A stretch of 64,000 nucleotides of DNA from Thermoplasmata archaeon. GTDB lineage: Archaea > Thermoplasmatota > Thermoplasmata > Lutacidiplasmatales > UBA184. The notes beneath the pieces are model-generated. The model did no database searches. It saw only the letters and a program-made list of their open reading frames with translations, and had not been told where the DNA came from. Position 1 is the stretch's first letter. Every line of letters starts with the position of its first letter. This document shows positions 60,747 through 64,000 of this stretch, one piece after another. A program made the position numbers and the translations under genes. The stretch spans positions 2,343 to 66,342 of the forward strand of contig DATJUJ010000030.1 in the NCBI GenBank assembly GCA_035502475.1, read 5' to 3'.

Positions 60747-62090
60747 CTACGGCTCCGGGCCCCGGGCGTACTCGGGTCGCACGACGCGTCCGTCGGGCCG
60801 TCCGACGTACTCCCCGTCGAGCACGATCGGTCGGCCGTCGCGGTAGTGTTCCCTCGGGAAGATCCCTTCCCAGCCTTCGAAGGCGGTCCACCCGCACGGT
60901 GCGTGGAGCTGCCGGGCCGTGATCGGCCCCCGGGCCCGGAAATCCACGACCATCAGGTGGGCCCGGTGACCGGGGGCGATCCGTCCGATCGGCTGGCCGA
61001 GCCAGCGCGCGGGGCGATCGCACGCGGCGGCGAGGAGGGTCGAGAGGGCGAGGTCGCCCCGACGGACCCGCGCCAAGAGGAGCGGCAGCATCGTCTCCAC
61101 GCCCGGCATCCCGCTCGGGGCCTGGGCGAGGTCGCGCTCCTTCTCCGAGGCGCCGTGCGGGGCGTGGTCGCTCGCGAGGCAGGGGATCTCCCCGCGGACG
61201 AACCGCGCCCAGAGCTCGGCGCGATCCGCCTCGGACCGGAGGGGCGGGTTCACCTTGAGCCGGCTCCCGCCCGAGGACCGCTCCGAGAGCAGGAGGTGCT
61301 GGGGCGTCGCCTCGAACGAGAGCCCGCGCGCGCGCAGCCGGTCGACGCTGGCGGCCTCCGTCACGTGGGCGACGTGGAGCCGCAGGGCGGTCGGCGCGCT
61401 CAGCAACGGGTCCAGCGCCGCGGCCTCCGCGGCGGGCGGACGGACCCGGTCCCAGTCGGCGAGGTGCCGGACGGCGTCCGGCACGTGGAACTGCCGGGGG
61501 TCCTCCGCGTGCACCGCGACCGGAAGGCCCAAACGCGCGAGCCGTGCGAGCAGCGGGCCGACCTCATCGAGCGGCGGGGCGTCCGGGATCCCGGTGGTGG
61601 GCGCGAGGTACAGCTTGAAGCCCCCCGCCCGGCGCGCGAGCGCGGCGAGGTCCCCCGGCCGGGACGGGCTCGCGTAGAGGAGGACGTCGACCGCGGCCCG
61701 GCCGACGACCCGCGCCTCCTTCTCCTCGAGCCGGTCGAGATCCGTGACCGGGGGTTCCGTATTCGGCATCTCGCCAACGAGCGCGACGCCTCCGAGGGCC
61801 GCCTGCACGGTGCCGGTGGCGATGTTCTCGACGCGGGAGTCGGGCCCCGGGTCCCGGAAGTGGACGTGCAGGTCGGTGGCCGCGGGGAGGATCACGGCGT
61901 CCCCCACGTCGTGGACCGGCGCCCCCCGCCGGATCCGACCAACCGAGAGGATCCGTCCGTCGTCACCGATGGCGATCGCGACCGGCTGGAGCTTGCCGCG
62001 GACGAACGCGCGGCCGGAGAGGATCGAGGCCGGCGCCTCCACGACGGGGCTCTCCTCGCGCGGGCCGCGGGGGGCGCTCCGGCGGGGCAT
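60747..62090 (-). CDS. pyrC: Dihydroorotase-like cyclic amidohydrolase.
   Basis: Metal-binding signature ATDLHVHFRDPG and ...HAEDP...ASDHAPH. The ATG at 62090 was chosen over the GTG at 62204 because it leaves a 91-bp divergent intergenic region before purM. Confidence 0.7.
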   Translation of the reverse strand: MPRRSAPRGPREESPVVEAPASILSGRAFVRGKLQPVAIAIGDDGRILSVGRIRRGAPVHDVGDAVILPAATDLHVHFRDPGPDSRVENIATGTVQAALGGVALVGEMPNTEPPVTDLDRLEEKEARVVGRAAVDVLLYASPSRPGDLAALARRAGGFKLYLAPTTGIPDAPPLDEVGPLLARLARLGLPVAVHAEDPRQFHVPDAVRHLADWDRVRPPAAEAAALDPLLSAPTALRLHVAHVTEAASVDRLRARGLSFEATPQHLLLSERSSGGSRLKVNPPLRSEADRAELWARFVRGEIPCLASDHAPHGASEKERDLAQAPSGMPGVETMLPLLLARVRRGDLALSTLLAAACDRPARWLGQPIGRIAPGHRAHLMVVDFRARGPITARQLHAPCGWTAFEGWEGIFPREHYRDGRPIVLDGEYVGRPDGRVVRPEYARGPEP

Positions 62091-62181
62091 CGAGCCGCGG
62101 GACGTCGCCCGCCGTAAAGAGGCGTGCCCTCCGGAGGCCAAGCTCTTTTCTGCCGCCGCCGTTGGTCCGGCGAGGAACCGG

Positions 62182-63231
62182 ATGCCGAAGCGCGTCCCGC
62201 TCACCTACGCGGCGAGCGGGGTCGACGTGGGGATCCGGGCGCAGGCGCTCGCCGCGCTGCTCGGGGGGGTCCGGTACCGTCCGCCCCCCGACCACGGGCG
62301 CCCGGTCGACCTCGCCGGACACTTCGCGGGCCTCGTGCGCCTCGGACGGGAAACGGTCGCGCTCACCACCGACACGGTCGGTACCAAGGTCCTCCTCGCC
62401 GAGGAGCTCCGGCGCTGGGAGGAGGTCGGCGAGGACATCGTGGGCGTCAACGTGAACGACCTCGCGGCCGTCGGCGCCCGTCCCGCGGCGCTCGTCGACA
62501 CGATCCTCTGTGCTCGACCCGACGACGGCGTCTTCGCCGGGATCGGTCGCGGTCTGGACCGCGGACTGCGGCGGGCCGGTTGCGCGCTCGTGGGCGGCGA
62601 GACGGCCGTCGTGCCCGACCTGGTCTCCGGGTTCGATCTCGGCGGGACGGCCCTGGGCTTCTTTCCGCGCGGACGGCGGCCCGTGACCGGCGAGCGCATC
62701 CGACCCGGGGACGTCATCCTCGGGATCCCGTCGACCGGCTTCCATGCGAACGGCTACACGCTGGTCCGACGCCTCCTTCGCGAGGAGAGCGTCGACCTCG
62801 ACCAGCCCCGGCCCGGGGGCCGGGGACCCGTCGGCTTGGAGCTGCTCCGCCCGACCCGGATCTACTCGGATGCGGCGGACGCGATCGCGGACCGGCCCGA
62901 GGTCCACGGACTCGTCCACCTGTCGGGCGGGGGAGTGCGGAACTTCGTCCGGCTCCAGTCGGACGTGGAGTTCCGGCTCGACGCGTGGCCGGAGCCCCCG
63001 GGACTGTTCGGCTGGGTCCAGGCGCTGGGACCGCTCTCCGACCACGAGATGTTCGGGACGTTCAACATGGGGATCGGCTTCGCGGTGGTGGTCTCCGCGC
63101 GGGGAGCGGGGGAGGTGCTGCGTCGGCTCGCCCGAGCGGGGGCCCGCGATGCGCAGCGGATCGGCCGGGTGGCGCCCGGCCGCGGGGTCTCGCTGCCCGG
63201 CCGGTCGCTCGCCTACGCAGGCTACGCGTAG
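62182..63231 (+). CDS. purM: Phosphoribosylformylglycinamidine cyclo-ligase (AIR synthase).
   Basis: Sequence YAASGVDVGIR...TDTVGTKVLLAEE...VNDLAAVGARP...GGETAV. Internal ATG of track ORF 61744..63231. The product is 349 aa. Confidence 0.9.
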   Translation: MPKRVPLTYAASGVDVGIRAQALAALLGGVRYRPPPDHGRPVDLAGHFAGLVRLGRETVALTTDTVGTKVLLAEELRRWEEVGEDIVGVNVNDLAAVGARPAALVDTILCARPDDGVFAGIGRGLDRGLRRAGCALVGGETAVVPDLVSGFDLGGTALGFFPRGRRPVTGERIRPGDVILGIPSTGFHANGYTLVRRLLREESVDLDQPRPGGRGPVGLELLRPTRIYSDAADAIADRPEVHGLVHLSGGGVRNFVRLQSDVEFRLDAWPEPPGLFGWVQALGPLSDHEMFGTFNMGIGFAVVVSARGAGEVLRRLARAGARDAQRIGRVAPGRGVSLPGRSLAYAGYA

Positions 63232-63282
63232 CGGGTCCGCGCCCGCGCCGAACCGTTAAGGAGCGGCGTCCGTCCCGGCACC

Positions 63283-64000
63283 GTGGCGACGGGCGGGGGC
63301 TTGCGGACGACGGCGATCGTCCTCTCGCTCACGGCCGCGTTCCTCTGGGCAACGTACTACCTGTTCGTCCTGTGGGCGACGCCGGGGGCGCGGCCGTCGG
63401 CGGTGCTCGCCTATCCGTTCGTCTTCGGCGGGGTCGCCTACGCCGGCTGGGCGTTCGCGCGCGGGCAGGGCCCCGCGTTCCTGAGGCTCTGGAAGCAGCC
63501 GGCCGCCTACGGGCGCACCGCCCTCCTGGTCGCGATGCAGGTCTCGGTGCTCGCGGCGACATACCTCGCCGGCCCCGTCGACGCGTCGCTCCTCTCGCTC
63601 ATCGGGGACGTCGTGCTCACGCCGATCGTCGTCGCCTACCTGCTCGGCATCGGGCGTGAGCACGTCCACACCTCGCTGTTCGCCGCCGGTCTCCTCCTGA
63701 GCCTCGCGGGGGGGACGATGACGATCGTCGCGGGCGAGACCCTCTCGGCGGTCTCGGCCTGGGGATGGCTCGTCGTGCCGGCGGTCCCGATCGCCGTCGC
63801 CTTCTACTTCCTCCTGACCGCGCGGGAGAACACGCGGTCCCCGCCCGGCGCCGTCGTCGGGCAGTCGATGCTCGCCGCGGCCCTCGTGCTCGTGGTCGCC
63901 GCCCCGCTCTTCCCCGGAGGGTGGGCCGGTCTCGCCGCCGTCGGCCTCGTTCCCCTCGCCCTGCTGGCGCTCACCGGCGTGACCAGTTTCTTCCTGGCGC
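63283..64000 (+). CDS. EamA/DMT-superfamily transporter; 3'-partial because it runs off the window end.
   Basis: Open frame from GTG 63283 (alternative TTG at 63301) to the window end. The product has multiple TM helices (AIVLSLTAAFLWATYYLFVLWA...). It is not in the ORF track because no stop is reached. Confidence 0.55.
   Translation, partial: MATGGGLRTTAIVLSLTAAFLWATYYLFVLWATPGARPSAVLAYPFVFGGVAYAGWAFARGQGPAFLRLWKQPAAYGRTALLVAMQVSVLAATYLAGPVDASLLSLIGDVVLTPIVVAYLLGIGREHVHTSLFAAGLLLSLAGGTMTIVAGETLSAVSAWGWLVVPAVPIAVAFYFLLTARENTRSPPGAVVGQSMLAAALVLVVAAPLFPGGWAGLAAVGLVPLALLALTGVTSFFLA

Noticed and set aside
1-64000. Looked for CRISPR arrays, IS elements or transposases, integrases and long direct or inverted repeats.
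   Set aside because: No regularly spaced short repeats, no transposase- or integrase-like ORFs, and no long duplicated segments were seen. The window reads as core chromosome, not an obvious mobile island.

Overview
This window is a GC-rich archaeal chromosome segment, with third codon positions almost always G/C. The assignment to Archaea rests on an archaeal-type DnaG primase, the DNA polymerase D small subunit (DP1), ribosomal protein S8e, SRP19, a GPN-loop GTPase, a LonB-type AAA+ N-domain, and TATA-box-like elements about 25-35 nt upstream of several start codons, consistent with leaderless or short-leader transcripts. PolD places it in a euryarchaeal-type lineage. The glucose dehydrogenase / KDG-aldolase pair and the pyruvoyl-dependent arginine decarboxylase are reminiscent of Thermoplasmata, but taxonomy cannot be fixed from this window alone.

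Most of the content is housekeeping:
- Energy and redox: NAD(P) transhydrogenase (pntAA, pntAB, pntB), 2-oxoacid:ferredoxin oxidoreductase alpha/beta, ADP-forming acetyl-CoA synthetase, malate dehydrogenase.
- Central metabolism: phosphoglycerate kinase, ketopantoate reductase.
- Replication and repair: DnaG, PolD small subunit, XPD helicase, RNase HII.
- Translation and targeting: S8e, SRP19.
- Cofactor and nucleotide biosynthesis: MoaD/MoaE, PurM, dihydroorotase.
- Two tRNAs: tRNA-Val(GAC) on the minus strand and an intergenic tRNA-Pro(GGG) on the plus strand.

The most distinctive region is an aerobic respiratory supercluster of about 13 kb (22.4-35.2 kb). It holds cupredoxins, CuA-type CoxII, a Rieske protein, cytochrome b, CoxI, a short 4-TM heme A synthase and heme O synthase. 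A PhoU-like regulator and a dedicated TatA-TatC-TatA translocase are embedded between the blue copper protein and the Rieske gene. CoxII appears split: a 1-nt frame offset separates a TM1-like micro-ORF from the body of coxII.

Other notable elements:
- A translationally coupled XPD / heptose-7-P kinase / phosphoheptose isomerase / CBS-ParB(Srx) gene string.
- A Lon-type AAA+ ATPase with no protease domain and a Zn-ribbon insertion.
- An AP-endonuclease-like TIM barrel with a histone-H1-like K/P/A tail.
- Two tandem, sequon-dense surface glycoproteins.
- An N-glycosylation-type module: a GT-C-like membrane protein, a Wzx flippase and a GT2 glycosyltransferase.
- An orphan beta-class DNA methyltransferase.

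The six-frame track contains many very long Arg/Gly/Pro/Asp-rich antisense ORFs. These are GC-composition artifacts and were rejected. All coordinates and family calls below come from reading the sequence and the ORF translations; no database searches were run.
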